Of a DNA stretch of 40,863 bases, positions 24,348-34,111 are shown piece after piece (the stretch's first letter is position 1; the number at the start of each line of letters is the position of its first letter). The stretch is from a virus: the IMG/VR virus record IMGVR_UViG_3300045988_129344; one strand, given 5' to 3'. The position numbers and the translations under genes were made by a program. The notes below the pieces were generated by a model. That model made no database searches and was not told the DNA's origin. It saw nothing but the letters and a program-made list of their open reading frames with translations.

Positions 24348-27300
24348 ATGGCTGATGCGGCGGAATTAGTAGTAAGAATAAGAGGTGATGCGTCCGACTT
24401 AGAGGCGACAATAAGCGGTGTATCGCAACAACTCGAAGAATTGGAACGAACACAAAGCAATACAAATGGTGTGAAAGGTGTAAGAGAAAGCACAAGTGCA
24501 TATCAAGGTCTTGCAAGTCAGCTTAAAAATACCGGAAAAGGTATAAAAGAAGTCGGCGAAAGTATTGACACGATAACAAAACCGATACAATACGCATCAA
24601 CGGCTCTTGCCGCGGGCGGTGTTGCGAGTGCCAAGTTTGCGATAGATTTTGAGGATAGTTTTGCCGGAGTTAAAAAGACGGTTGACGCTACACCGGAACA
24701 GTTAGCCAAAATAAAGCAAGGTATTATTGATTTGTCAACAACAGGTATTGACGGCAGAGGCGCGATACCACAGACGGCAACTGAACTAAATGAGCTTGCG
24801 GCGGCTGGAGGTCAGTTAGGCATATCCCAAGAAAACATTATCGACTTTACGGAAGTAATGGCACAAATGGGTTCAGCAACAAACCTTGTCGGCGAAGAAG
24901 GCGCGGCTACACTTGCCCGATTTATGAATGTAATGGGTACAAGTCAAGGCGAAATTCGTAATATCGGCAGTGCAATCGTTGATTTGGGTAACCACAGTGC
25001 GACAACAGAATCGGAAATCGCGGAAATGGCACTGCGTATGGGTAAATACGGTTCATCTGTACGAATGTCGGCGGCGGACGTGTTGGGTTATTCTGCGGCA
25101 TTGTCCTCATTGGGAATTGAGGCACAAATGGGCGGTAGTGCGATAGGTCGTACGTGGCTGTCCATAGAAACCGCCGTTGCAAGCGGCGGAGAGGGTTTGA
25201 CGAAATTCGCAAAGTACAGCGGTAAGAGTGCGGAAGAATTTAAAGAGCAGTGGAATACTGACAGCTCCGGTGCATTTAACGGACTGTTAAAAGGCTTGCA
25301 GTCTGCCGAGAACCTAACTGTTGCGTTAGATGATTTAGGCATAAACAATACACAGGATATACAGGCTATGATGGCATTAGTCAACGGTTATGATTTAGTA
25401 ACCGAGAGTGTCAATCGTTCAAACACCGCATACCAAGAAAATACGGCACTACAAGAAGAATTTAACGCAAAGAATGAAACGACCGCATCAAAATTGGCGA
25501 ACACAAAAAACAATATTATTGAAGCGGCGAGAAGTATCGGCGAAACAATGTTGCCGTCAATACAAGACGCAAGCACCACAGTAGCTGATTTTGCAAAAGG
25601 ATTGTCGCAAATGTCAGACGAACAAAAACGTGCTGTTGTTAATACGGGTGCGACAGTTATTGCGATAGGTGCTATTTCAAAAGTCAGTGCCGGAGCAATC
25701 AAAGGTGTTGGCGGAATTGTTGAGGCAGTCGGCAACATCAAAAAGGCATTTTCAGCAGGCGGAGCATTGGCGAAGTTTGCACCGACATTGACAAGTATCG
25801 GTGCGGCGGCAGGTCCTGCCGCATTAGCTGTTGCCGGTATTGCTACAGCGGCTATAGTAGGAAAAGTTGCATATGACAAATGGTATCAATCGCAATACAG
25901 GTGGAGCGAGGGACTATCCAAGGGCAACGAAAAGGTCAAAGAAAGCTTTGAAAAATACAAATCGCTGAATGAAGTACAGGGGCAAATCAAATCGTTAAAA
26001 ATGGTTATTGAAAGCCCCGAAAGCAGTCAAGAACAAGTTGACAATGCAAAAAGCAAGTTAGAAGAAATAAAGGAAATGCTATCGCAGGAATACAATCTTG
26101 TAATCAATTCCGATAATTCTAATTTGGACGACGCTGTTGAACAAGTAACCAAACTGTCTAAAAATGAATTGCAGTCTAATATCAATAAGCAACGTTCAGA
26201 ACTATCAAATCTAATAAATAAAGACGCAAAATACAAAGAGGACCGCCAAATCGCGGAAGATAACTATAACAAAGAATTAGCATTACAGACGAAGTATTCA
26301 GAGGCTAAATCAAAAGTTAGTGACATAACTGCAAAAATTTCAAAAAATGAAATAACTGCGGCGGAGGGCTACAAAAAAGCACAAGAAATTTATAAAGAAG
26401 TTTCCGGACACGCATACGAAAACGGCACAACAGACCAATCAATGAAGAATGCGCAAGGCGTGTTATCGTCTATTGCGGCAAATTATTCGGTAGCAACAAC
26501 AGAAGCCCAAAAGTATTACGACCAAGTACAGGCTCTGGACCAATCTCATAAAGAACTACGCGACGTATCAGAAGAACTGGCAAACTATGAAACTGAATTA
26601 ATTAAAATATCTGCATTAAATCAAGACGGCGCCGGAATTGAACAATCCTTAAAGGATATGAAAGAATTTATCGACGTCGGTAAATTAGATATGAACAGCT
26701 ATGCACAGTCGGTGGCGTTGGCTATGAACGGTGTTGAGAATTTGTCTGCTGCGTGGGAGCAGGCGGCAAACGGGGACGGTACCGCACTGAACAACATAAT
26801 TAACGACTATGTTCGTTCAATGACAGAGTTCGGAGCATCATCTGCGGAAACGGCGGTCGGTGTCAGTCTGTTAAATTCCGAATGTACGAATATGCAGGAT
26901 GCAGTAAATAAGGGCAAAATTGATGATGTAGTTCAGAAAATGAATGAAACAGGTCAAACAATGGGATTGACGACCGAGGAAATCGTTGAGGGTACTGCTT
27001 TAATTAAAAACGGATTTGACAGCGTACGCCAAGCCGTTGAAAAAGGCGATATAAACGGCATATTAAAGGATATGATGTCCGAGGGAAGTCAGCAAGGTAT
27101 TGATATGACAGCGGACAAGTTGACCGAAATGTCGCGTGCTATGGGACTGATACCGAATGAAAAACGTATCAAGATAACCGCAGACGGATTTGAAGTAGTT
27201 GATGATTTGACCGCCAAAGTTCGACAACTGGAGGGCAAAAAGTTTGTTGTAACTGTTGACACAGAGGGCAACACAGACGGTGTTGATAATGTCGAGAAAA

Positions 27301-29423
27301 AGACAAAACAACTTGACGGCAAACAGTGTGAGGTCATGTTTACAGCAGACGGAACACCCGCCATTGCAACAATAGATAATACAGAATACAAAATAGCCGA
27401 ATATGACGGTACAACCGGAACGGCGAAACTAATTGCCGAAAACGGCGAGGCTATCGGTGTTATTGATTTAACCACAGGCAAAATAAATCTGATTCCTACA
27501 ACACACGATACAGAAATCACAGCACAGGATAACACATCAGCAGGCGTTGAGAGTGCAAAGGCTAATTTAGATACCGTAAAAGATAAAACAGTAACACTGA
27601 CCGTTCAGACGGTTCAAGTTGGTGGATTGAGTAATCAAAATGTTCCGGCGGCCAAGTTTGGCAGTTCGGGAATGTTCGTAAAAAAAGCCAAAAAAGCCAA
27701 AGGTACACAAAATTTTGAGGGCGGTTTGGCAATGGTTAATGATGAAAAGGGTATATCTGACCCACGAGAATTAATCGTTGACAAAGGACGTGCATTTATA
27801 CCACAGGGCAAGGACGTAGTATTGCCGTTGTCAAAGGGTGCAAAGGTGTACACAGCGTCACAAACCAAGGCGATAATGAACGGTATGGGTATACCGCATT
27901 ACGCAACAGGAAAAGACAATTCGGATGCGTTTACATCAGCCAAGGACGATTGGACGCATTACACCAAAACGCACGCAGTAACGACCGCACAAGAATTAGA
28001 GAAGTGGTTAGAATTTCAAGAGAAATTCAAGTCGAACGACAAGGATATTGCCGATATAGAGGAACAAATATTCAGTCTGACACAGAAACGCACGCAGGAG
28101 TTAAACAACCTGTCAAAGTCGTACATTGAAGAACGTGCGGCACTGAATGACTGGGACGACAACGGCGACAATCCTATTGACGCATTTATCCGTATTCGTG
28201 ACCGCAATATGGCGGAAGTCGAGGCAGGACGTATGACGTGGGAGGACTATACGACAGAAATGTCAAGTATAGGTTCAACGTTATACGGGAATATGACCGA
28301 ATACAGTCGCGATTGGTTGGAACACCAAGAAAAATACAACGGTATGAGTGCCGCCGATTATATAGCAGGTATCGGCAGAATACAGACGTACACCGAACAA
28401 ATGTACGCACAGGGTATAATCAGCCACAAAGAATATGTAGAGGCAAAAAACAAGCTGAATGAGGAGTATTTGGACAAGCGTAAAGAACAAATTGAGAAAG
28501 AGTACGACATATCAAAAAACTACATCAGCGAGCATACATATTTTAACGACTGGCAAGATAACGGCGACAATCCGCTTGACGCGTACAACCGTGTTATGGA
28601 TAGGCACCGTGAGGAATTGGCGAACGGCGAGTTGACACAGGACGAGTTCGACAAGTACCAAAGTGAATTAGGTTCGGATATGTATTCGGAGCGTGTGGAG
28701 CAGTCAAAGAACTGGTTGGAAGAACAACGCAAGTATTACGGTATGACTGATGAAGAATATATCGCCGGTTTAAAACGTATTCAGCAGTATACACAGGAAT
28801 ACTATGATTTGGGGTTAATCAGCCGCAAAGAATACAACAAAAATATGACCGAACTAAATCACGATATGTTCGACCAAGCGGGCGAATCGTTTGACGATAT
28901 GCTGCAGCAACAACAGGACTACATCAACAAACTGCGTGATGAATTTTCTGCACAGGAACAGGCATTACAGGACAGTTGGACGGTAGAGGACCGCAAGGCT
29001 GATATGTCCGAAACACAGGCGCAGTTGGATATTTACGCAAATGCAGTGACAGACAGAGGACAGCAGAAGTACAAAGAACTGCAAGAGCAGATGAAACAAC
29101 TGCAACGTGACGAGGAATTGTATCAGTTGCAAGTCAAAAACAATGCCACGATTGAAAAACTGGAGGCGGAGTATGACGCGTTGGAAAACAGCAAGGCTGA
29201 TTTCATCAAGTCCATTGCAACCAACATTGACAGTATAGACGTGACGGGTATTGTGGCGGATATAACACAGGAAGTCAGCGGCGGTAATGACAAGATAACC
29301 AAGACTTTGGGTGAGATTATAGAGGCTATTAAGGGCATTAAGATTGAACAGCAGAACTATAACAACAACAGTAAAATCACAATCAATACGACTGACAGCG
29401 CTGTTTTGGGTAGCTATGTATAA
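24348..29423 (+). CDS. Tail tape measure protein
   Basis: 1691 aa, in the position after G/GT. Ala/Gly-rich hydrophobic central segment and long coiled coils. Confidence 0.93.
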   Translation: MADAAELVVRIRGDASDLEATISGVSQQLEELERTQSNTNGVKGVRESTSAYQGLASQLKNTGKGIKEVGESIDTITKPIQYASTALAAGGVASAKFAIDFEDSFAGVKKTVDATPEQLAKIKQGIIDLSTTGIDGRGAIPQTATELNELAAAGGQLGISQENIIDFTEVMAQMGSATNLVGEEGAATLARFMNVMGTSQGEIRNIGSAIVDLGNHSATTESEIAEMALRMGKYGSSVRMSAADVLGYSAALSSLGIEAQMGGSAIGRTWLSIETAVASGGEGLTKFAKYSGKSAEEFKEQWNTDSSGAFNGLLKGLQSAENLTVALDDLGINNTQDIQAMMALVNGYDLVTESVNRSNTAYQENTALQEEFNAKNETTASKLANTKNNIIEAARSIGETMLPSIQDASTTVADFAKGLSQMSDEQKRAVVNTGATVIAIGAISKVSAGAIKGVGGIVEAVGNIKKAFSAGGALAKFAPTLTSIGAAAGPAALAVAGIATAAIVGKVAYDKWYQSQYRWSEGLSKGNEKVKESFEKYKSLNEVQGQIKSLKMVIESPESSQEQVDNAKSKLEEIKEMLSQEYNLVINSDNSNLDDAVEQVTKLSKNELQSNINKQRSELSNLINKDAKYKEDRQIAEDNYNKELALQTKYSEAKSKVSDITAKISKNEITAAEGYKKAQEIYKEVSGHAYENGTTDQSMKNAQGVLSSIAANYSVATTEAQKYYDQVQALDQSHKELRDVSEELANYETELIKISALNQDGAGIEQSLKDMKEFIDVGKLDMNSYAQSVALAMNGVENLSAAWEQAANGDGTALNNIINDYVRSMTEFGASSAETAVGVSLLNSECTNMQDAVNKGKIDDVVQKMNETGQTMGLTTEEIVEGTALIKNGFDSVRQAVEKGDINGILKDMMSEGSQQGIDMTADKLTEMSRAMGLIPNEKRIKITADGFEVVDDLTAKVRQLEGKKFVVTVDTEGNTDGVDNVEKKTKQLDGKQCEVMFTADGTPAIATIDNTEYKIAEYDGTTGTAKLIAENGEAIGVIDLTTGKINLIPTTHDTEITAQDNTSAGVESAKANLDTVKDKTVTLTVQTVQVGGLSNQNVPAAKFGSSGMFVKKAKKAKGTQNFEGGLAMVNDEKGISDPRELIVDKGRAFIPQGKDVVLPLSKGAKVYTASQTKAIMNGMGIPHYATGKDNSDAFTSAKDDWTHYTKTHAVTTAQELEKWLEFQEKFKSNDKDIADIEEQIFSLTQKRTQELNNLSKSYIEERAALNDWDDNGDNPIDAFIRIRDRNMAEVEAGRMTWEDYTTEMSSIGSTLYGNMTEYSRDWLEHQEKYNGMSAADYIAGIGRIQTYTEQMYAQGIISHKEYVEAKNKLNEEYLDKRKEQIEKEYDISKNYISEHTYFNDWQDNGDNPLDAYNRVMDRHREELANGELTQDEFDKYQSELGSDMYSERVEQSKNWLEEQRKYYGMTDEEYIAGLKRIQQYTQEYYDLGLISRKEYNKNMTELNHDMFDQAGESFDDMLQQQQDYINKLRDEFSAQEQALQDSWTVEDRKADMSETQAQLDIYANAVTDRGQQKYKELQEQMKQLQRDEELYQLQVKNNATIEKLEAEYDALENSKADFIKSIATNIDSIDVTGIVADITQEVSGGNDKITKTLGEIIEAIKGIKIEQQNYNNNSKITINTTDSAVLGSYV
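28122..28880 (+). repeat. Tandem in-frame duplication of about 399 nt (133 aa) inside the tape measure gene
   Basis: YIEERAALNDWDDNGDNPIDAF...YNGMSAADYIAGIGRIQTYTEQMY aligns with YISEHTYFNDWQDNGDNPLDAY...YYGMTDEEYIAGLKRIQQYTQEYY. Confidence 0.8.
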
Positions 29424-29439
29424 TGTGCGGAGGTAGAAA

Positions 29440-30270
29440 ATGCGAAACGGATTTTATTTTAAAAACAAACATTCAAACGATTTCGGAGTGACTGTACAAA
29501 CGCAGTCACGTCCGATTAAACCGGAAATGAAAATACAGACATATGACAGCCCGTATATAGACGGTGAATATGATTTTTCAACGGCAAATGCGTACAACCG
29601 TGAATTTTATAAAAACCGTGTATTTAAAATGAATTTGCAAATATCGGCGGCGGATATGTCTGAACTGAACAGCAAAATCACAAAAATCACAACGTGGTTA
29701 ATGGGACGTGGTGAGTTGATATTTGACGACACACCCAATGTCAAATGGAATGCGTCGGTTATTGAAACAATAGATTACAAACCAGAAAACTACGGACACA
29801 AAGCGGTCATTTCGGTGTCGTTCAAAGTGCAGACGTGGGCGGCGTTGGTATTTGATATTTTTGACGGTCCGATATTGGATAGCCAAAACATCAAATTAGA
29901 TGATGAAATACCAATCGGACCGAATGAATATTACACGATTACAACAGCAGGCGACAGTACAATACATAACACAGGCGACCGCCCTGTCAGACCTGTTTTG
30001 CGTGTTACAAACGTCACAAAACCTACAACGATAACCTGTAACGGTATCAGTATTACGGTGTCGGAAAACTGCGTTATTGACTGCGACAAACAGTCGGTAA
30101 CAGACGTAAACGGCAACAGTATTATGAAAAAAATCAAAGGTAATTTTTTTGAACTGGAAACAGGGGCGAATAGAATAATTTTGTCCACGACGGCAACGGT
30201 TGAATTTTCATTCTATCCGCAGTACGTTTGGAATACAGAAACGGAGGATATATACAAATGGGACAGATAA
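29440..30270 (+). CDS. Distal tail protein (Dit)
   Basis: The N-terminus FYFKNKHSNDFGVTVQTQSRPIKPEMK is typical of Sipho_tail. It lies after the tape measure gene. Confidence 0.85.
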   Translation: MRNGFYFKNKHSNDFGVTVQTQSRPIKPEMKIQTYDSPYIDGEYDFSTANAYNREFYKNRVFKMNLQISAADMSELNSKITKITTWLMGRGELIFDDTPNVKWNASVIETIDYKPENYGHKAVISVSFKVQTWAALVFDIFDGPILDSQNIKLDDEIPIGPNEYYTITTAGDSTIHNTGDRPVRPVLRVTNVTKPTTITCNGISITVSENCVIDCDKQSVTDVNGNSIMKKIKGNFFELETGANRIILSTTATVEFSFYPQYVWNTETEDIYKWDR

Positions 30271-32009
30271 CATTTATGCGATTGCACGACAGATATACAG
30301 ACAGTTTTGAAACAGGCGAGGTGCTGAACAACGCATATAATATCAAGGAAACAAGGATATTGAACGATACGGGAAGTATTGAATTTGACTATCCATACGA
30401 CGAAAAGGCGCGTCTAATCAGTCAAAATATGTTGGTTAGTGTAAACGGTCATATATACGAAATCAGCCGAACAACACGAAATATGAACGGTGCGGATTCA
30501 CTGCACGTTTACGGTACACCACATTTTGTGTATGAGGCGCAGAAAGCGTTTATACCGACAATCGGCGACCATATCGGTGAAACATCAAGAGCAGTGCTGC
30601 AAGCGGCGGTAAAGATTATTTCGGATTTCAAGGAAGAAGTCAAAGAAAAGTGTATTTTTCACATTATGACAAATGCCGAGTTGACCGAAAAAGGAATGAA
30701 GTGGGTTGCAGATGATGAACTGCTGATTGATTTTTTCTCTACAGACAAAACAAATTTGTGGGACGTTATAAAAACGATAATAGAAAATTTGGGACGTGGC
30801 GAAATATTCCACGAAACAACTATCGACATTAATAACAACATTGTATGTAACATTGCCATTGTTGAACGTATCGGCACAGATAACGGCGTCAGACTGCGTT
30901 TAGAAAAGAATATGCGAAGCATATCAATAGAACGCAACGTAAGCGATATGATAACGCGTTTATGGGCGTTCGGAAGTGACGATTTAACAGTCAGCAGTGT
31001 AAACGGCGGCAAAGCATATATAGACAGTCCAAACATTGAAAAATACGGTGTGCAAGAGGGGTACAAGGACTATAGCGATTATACATCAGCGGACAAACTG
31101 TACCGTAATGCAAAGTGGGAGTTTGACGAGGACAACGAAGATAGAATTGACGTACCGCAGTTGACAATCAGCGGTAAACTGATTGACCTATCGAAGTTAT
31201 CCGAATACGGCGACACAGAAAAGTTGGAAATAGGCGATACGGTACACGTATTTGACATAGACGGTACGGAATATGTGCAGAGGGTAATTGAATATCAGGC
31301 ATATCCGTTGGAGCCGAAAGAGAGCAATATATCAATCGGGCATATCAGACGTGATTTTTTTATCGGACTATGGCAGACAGAACAGGCAACAAAGAAACAT
31401 GCAAAGTGGCAGACTGCGAACAACAGTGTAAATATCCGAAAAGTACAAGGAACGGTGAACACAGACCGAAACGAGGTGCAGTCGGACAATAAGCTGTTGA
31501 AAATTGTCGGCGATTTGTTATACATTGAGGACGACAAGGGCAGACGAAGAATAAACCTCGGAAATATGGACGGTGCGTTCGTTTTTCAGATATTCAATCA
31601 GTTGTCGGAGAAAACCATTGAAATGGACGATGACGGTAATGTTACTATAACAGGTGTATTTGCCACAGGCACAGACAAAAAGGCAAGAACCGTTATAGAC
31701 AAAAACGGTATTCAAAGTTACGACGCTGACGGCAATAAGTACGGATTGTGGTGTAATGCACCGAGTAGCAACGATATGAGATATACTGATTTTAATTTAT
31801 ACTACAATAATAAATGTATTTTTCAAATATACAACGCTATATCGGGAATTTTATTAAGAACGTATGGATTGGACATACTTAGTTCGGGTAACGGTACGAC
31901 AGTCGGCAAAAATAAATGGAAGTTTGAACAGGGAGCAAGCGGAACATTTCAAACCGCAGACGGAAAAACGGTAACTGTTTCGGGCGGTCTTATAACAGGT
32001 ATTTCATAA
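30258..32009 (+). CDS. Tail-associated lysin-like / Tal (phage minor structural protein, N-terminal region)
   Basis: ATG at 30258 after GGAGGA. ILNDTGSIEFDYPYDE...VSVNGHIYEI pattern. It lies after Dit. Confidence 0.8.
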   Translation: MGQITFMRLHDRYTDSFETGEVLNNAYNIKETRILNDTGSIEFDYPYDEKARLISQNMLVSVNGHIYEISRTTRNMNGADSLHVYGTPHFVYEAQKAFIPTIGDHIGETSRAVLQAAVKIISDFKEEVKEKCIFHIMTNAELTEKGMKWVADDELLIDFFSTDKTNLWDVIKTIIENLGRGEIFHETTIDINNNIVCNIAIVERIGTDNGVRLRLEKNMRSISIERNVSDMITRLWAFGSDDLTVSSVNGGKAYIDSPNIEKYGVQEGYKDYSDYTSADKLYRNAKWEFDEDNEDRIDVPQLTISGKLIDLSKLSEYGDTEKLEIGDTVHVFDIDGTEYVQRVIEYQAYPLEPKESNISIGHIRRDFFIGLWQTEQATKKHAKWQTANNSVNIRKVQGTVNTDRNEVQSDNKLLKIVGDLLYIEDDKGRRRINLGNMDGAFVFQIFNQLSEKTIEMDDDGNVTITGVFATGTDKKARTVIDKNGIQSYDADGNKYGLWCNAPSSNDMRYTDFNLYYNNKCIFQIYNAISGILLRTYGLDILSSGNGTTVGKNKWKFEQGASGTFQTADGKTVTVSGGLITGIS

Positions 32010-32015
32010 AAGATA

Positions 32016-32044
32016 TTTACAAAATTATTCCTTTGTGGTACAAT
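32016..32044 (+). promoter_or_regulatory. Promoter of the secreted-protein moron
   Basis: TTTACA (32016-32021), 17-nt spacer with TGg, TACAAT (32039-32044). The inverted repeat CCTTTGTG (32030-32037) / CACAAAGG (32053-32060) brackets the -10. Confidence 0.6.
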
Positions 32045-32070
32045 TTAGGTATCACAAAGGAGGTATTTTT

Positions 32071-32625
32071 ATGAAAGGGAATATTAAAAGTTTTATATGC
32101 GGTATGCTCGTTATGGGTATTATATCGTGTGCAGGAGTATACGCAACCGACGTGTGGCAGAATATAAATGTTTTACCGAATACAATAAAAGTTGTGGTAG
32201 ACGGTAAAGCGGTACAAGCCGACAATTTCCTATACAACGATACAACATACTTGCCGATAAGGGCGGTAAGTGAAGCGTTGGGAAAAGACGTACAATATGA
32301 TACACAAACAAGCACCGCCACAATATCAGAAAAGAAAGAAGATGATAATATGGCAGTTACAAGTAAATACACGCCACCGACAGAATATATAAACGACTCT
32401 GCTTTCATTACTCAAAAAGACGGGGTATATTATGCTTTGATTAATTTTGTGGCGACCAAAATTCAAGACGCAGGATATAAATTTGAATACGACTACGATA
32501 CAAAAACATTTAAAGCCGTAAGCGGCGATAATGTGATTTATATAGGCAAAACAACAGTTATGGACTCTGACGAAGTTATCCCATACGACCAATTTGTAGA
32601 CGAGATACAGCCGTTGTTGAAATAA
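32071..32625 (+). CDS. Secreted/membrane-anchored protein with a copper-amine-oxidase-N-terminal-like domain
   Basis: Signal/TM segment FICGMLVMGIISCAGVYA. IKVVVDGKAVQADNFLYNDTTYLPIRAVSEALGKDVQYD matches the Cu_amine_oxidN1 pattern. RBS AAAGGAGG. Confidence 0.7.
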   Translation: MKGNIKSFICGMLVMGIISCAGVYATDVWQNINVLPNTIKVVVDGKAVQADNFLYNDTTYLPIRAVSEALGKDVQYDTQTSTATISEKKEDDNMAVTSKYTPPTEYINDSAFITQKDGVYYALINFVATKIQDAGYKFEYDYDTKTFKAVSGDNVIYIGKTTVMDSDEVIPYDQFVDEIQPLLK

Positions 32626-32640
32626 GAAAGGGGATTTACA

Positions 32641-32997
32641 ATGATATGGCAACAAGAAGTGTTGGATAAAATAGTATCGAAAATTAAGCCCTTTTCGGAT
32701 TCAGCTAAAAAGTACAAAGCAAATGAAGAAGAAAAGCTTTTTATAGAAAATCTTGCAAGAGAAATGCTTAATAAAAATGCTTTACAACATTTGAAAATTG
32801 ACAGACGTTCAAACGGATTGTTAAATTTTAAATATAAGAATATGCAGATTGGACGAATAAATTTAAGGTCTAAGCCGACACAACTACAAATCATATCACA
32901 GTATGATGTACGTTGGTTAGAAGGACTTTATGTAAGGGAATGTATAAGAAAAATTCCCGAGTGGATGGAATACTTAGATTATTTGATGAATAAATAG
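32641..32997 (+). CDS. Hypothetical protein (118 aa)
   Basis: ORF with AAGGGGA RBS. AT-rich. No motif recognised. Confidence 0.55.
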   Translation: MIWQQEVLDKIVSKIKPFSDSAKKYKANEEEKLFIENLAREMLNKNALQHLKIDRRSNGLLNFKYKNMQIGRINLRSKPTQLQIISQYDVRWLEGLYVRECIRKIPEWMEYLDYLMNK

Positions 32998-33032
32998 CAC
33001 AAAGACACCTCATTATGGGGTGTCTTTTGTGT
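32997..33032. terminator. Bidirectional terminator between convergent genes
   Basis: cacaaagacacc / ggtgtcttttgtg long stem (33001-33009 pairs with 33019-33027), followed by T-rich sequence. Confidence 0.75.
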
Positions 33033-33035
33033 TGG

Positions 33036-33608
33036 CTAATTAGATAGCTTGTGAGTAACCTCACTGACTTTCCAATTGATTGTAAGTTCATAATGCTTTG
33101 TTAAATTGAATTTACCTACAATTGAATCGTTAAGTATTTTATTAGATACATCAATAAAAAATGGTCTGGAAAGTTGGTTGAGTACCTTTAATGCATCTAA
33201 TGTTTCCTCATCTTTTGCTTGATGAATAGTTAACTCATATAAAGTAACTTTATCCTTGGATAGTAAGAGTCCTTTTGGTCTTAAAGAAGCCGCAAACGTA
33301 CAATAATATTCTTCTGATACACCTTTTTTTAAATGAAAAGTTAAAAAACCATATTCTTCTGCCTTTATGGTTTCCTCATAGGTAGAAAAATCTATTCCAT
33401 ATAGTTCTATAGGAGTATAATCAATTAGTTGCGTAGGAGTTACATTCAAATATCTACATAGTTTATCCAATGTATCGAACTGAATGCCTTTGCAATTATT
33501 TTGGGATAAAGCTGTAAGTGTAGTTCGTGAAATACCGGTATCATGAGCTACTTTTGTTATTTTAATGTTGTTTTCAGCAAGAATAATTGATAGATTACAT
33601 CTAATCAT
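33036..33608 (-). CDS. XRE/HTH_26 (YozG-like) regulator with a C-terminal domain of about 125 aa of unknown function (Mnt-analogue candidate)
   Basis: MIRCNLSIILAENNIKITKVAHDTGISRTTLTALSQNNCKGIQFDTLDKLCRYLNVTPTQLIDY. ATG at 33608 after GGAGG. Confidence 0.75.
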   Translation of the reverse strand: MIRCNLSIILAENNIKITKVAHDTGISRTTLTALSQNNCKGIQFDTLDKLCRYLNVTPTQLIDYTPIELYGIDFSTYEETIKAEEYGFLTFHLKKGVSEEYYCTFAASLRPKGLLLSKDKVTLYELTIHQAKDEETLDALKVLNQLSRPFFIDVSNKILNDSIVGKFNLTKHYELTINWKVSEVTHKLSN

Positions 33609-33630
33609 AATAAAACCTCCTTTCATAATA

Positions 33631-33659
33631 ATTGTACAATACACTGTTCATTTTGTCAA
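33631..33659 (-). promoter_or_regulatory. Leftward promoter of the long HTH gene
   Basis: The minus strand reads TTGACA (33659-33654), 17-nt spacer, TACAAT (33636-33631). A TGTTCA box at 33645-33650 lies in the spacer. Confidence 0.6.
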
Positions 33660-33697
33660 GTTTTTAGAAAAAAATAATAAAAATATTAAAAAAAGTA

Positions 33698-33759
33698 TTG
33701 ACATTTAATTAATAGGAATGTATAATAGAAATAGATTTTGAACAAAAGTCTGAACAAAA
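33698..33759 (+). promoter_or_regulatory. Consensus rightward promoter plus two TGAACAAAA boxes
   Basis: TTGACA (33698-33703), 17-nt spacer, TATAAT (33721-33726). TGAACAAAA at 33739-33747 and 33751-33759. Confidence 0.7.
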
Positions 33760-33780
33760 ATCAAAAAAAAACGAAAGGAT

Positions 33781-33993
33781 GTGGTAAAATTGGACAACAA
33801 CTTATCGCAAATCTTAGGCGAAAAACTTATTAAGATTTCGCAAGTTTCAAAAGATACTGGAATTTCAAGGTCTACGTTGACAAACCTGTATTATAAACGT
33901 AGTAAAGCTATTTCGGGTAATGTATTACACAAATTGTGTGATTATCTTGATTGCAGTGTTGGAGATTTGTTGGAAAAGAAAACAAAAAAATAA
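33781..33993 (+). CDS. Small XRE/HTH_26 regulator (Arc-analogue candidate)
   Basis: ISQVSKDTGISRSTLTNLYYKRSKAISGNVLHKLCDYLDCSVGDLL is paralogous to the N-terminal domain of the divergent gene. The start is uncertain (GTG 33781 or TTG 33790). Confidence 0.75.
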   Translation: MVKLDNNLSQILGEKLIKISQVSKDTGISRSTLTNLYYKRSKAISGNVLHKLCDYLDCSVGDLLEKKTKK

Positions 33994-34111
33994 CGATAAC
34001 ACGCCAACCAAAGCAATCGTTATCGTTATCAGTACAAGACGTTTCCGTCTATAAGATATTATATCATAGATTGAAACTCTTGTCAAAGCAAAATTTGAGA
34101 GGAGAAGTTTA

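Noticed and set aside
25388-25879. 163-aa Ala/Pro-rich minus-strand ORF, plus many other minus-strand ORFs between 24263 and 29338
   Set aside because: They lie entirely antisense within the tape measure gene. They have low-complexity composition mirroring the sense-strand Ala/Gly codons, and they lack an RBS. These are shadow ORFs.
24348-29423. Lytic (lysozyme or M23 peptidase) domain within the tape measure protein
   Set aside because: I looked for catalytic motifs (HxxxD/HxH, or lysozyme E-D-T patterns) and found none that I could support. Only coiled-coil, hydrophobic and repeat segments were seen.
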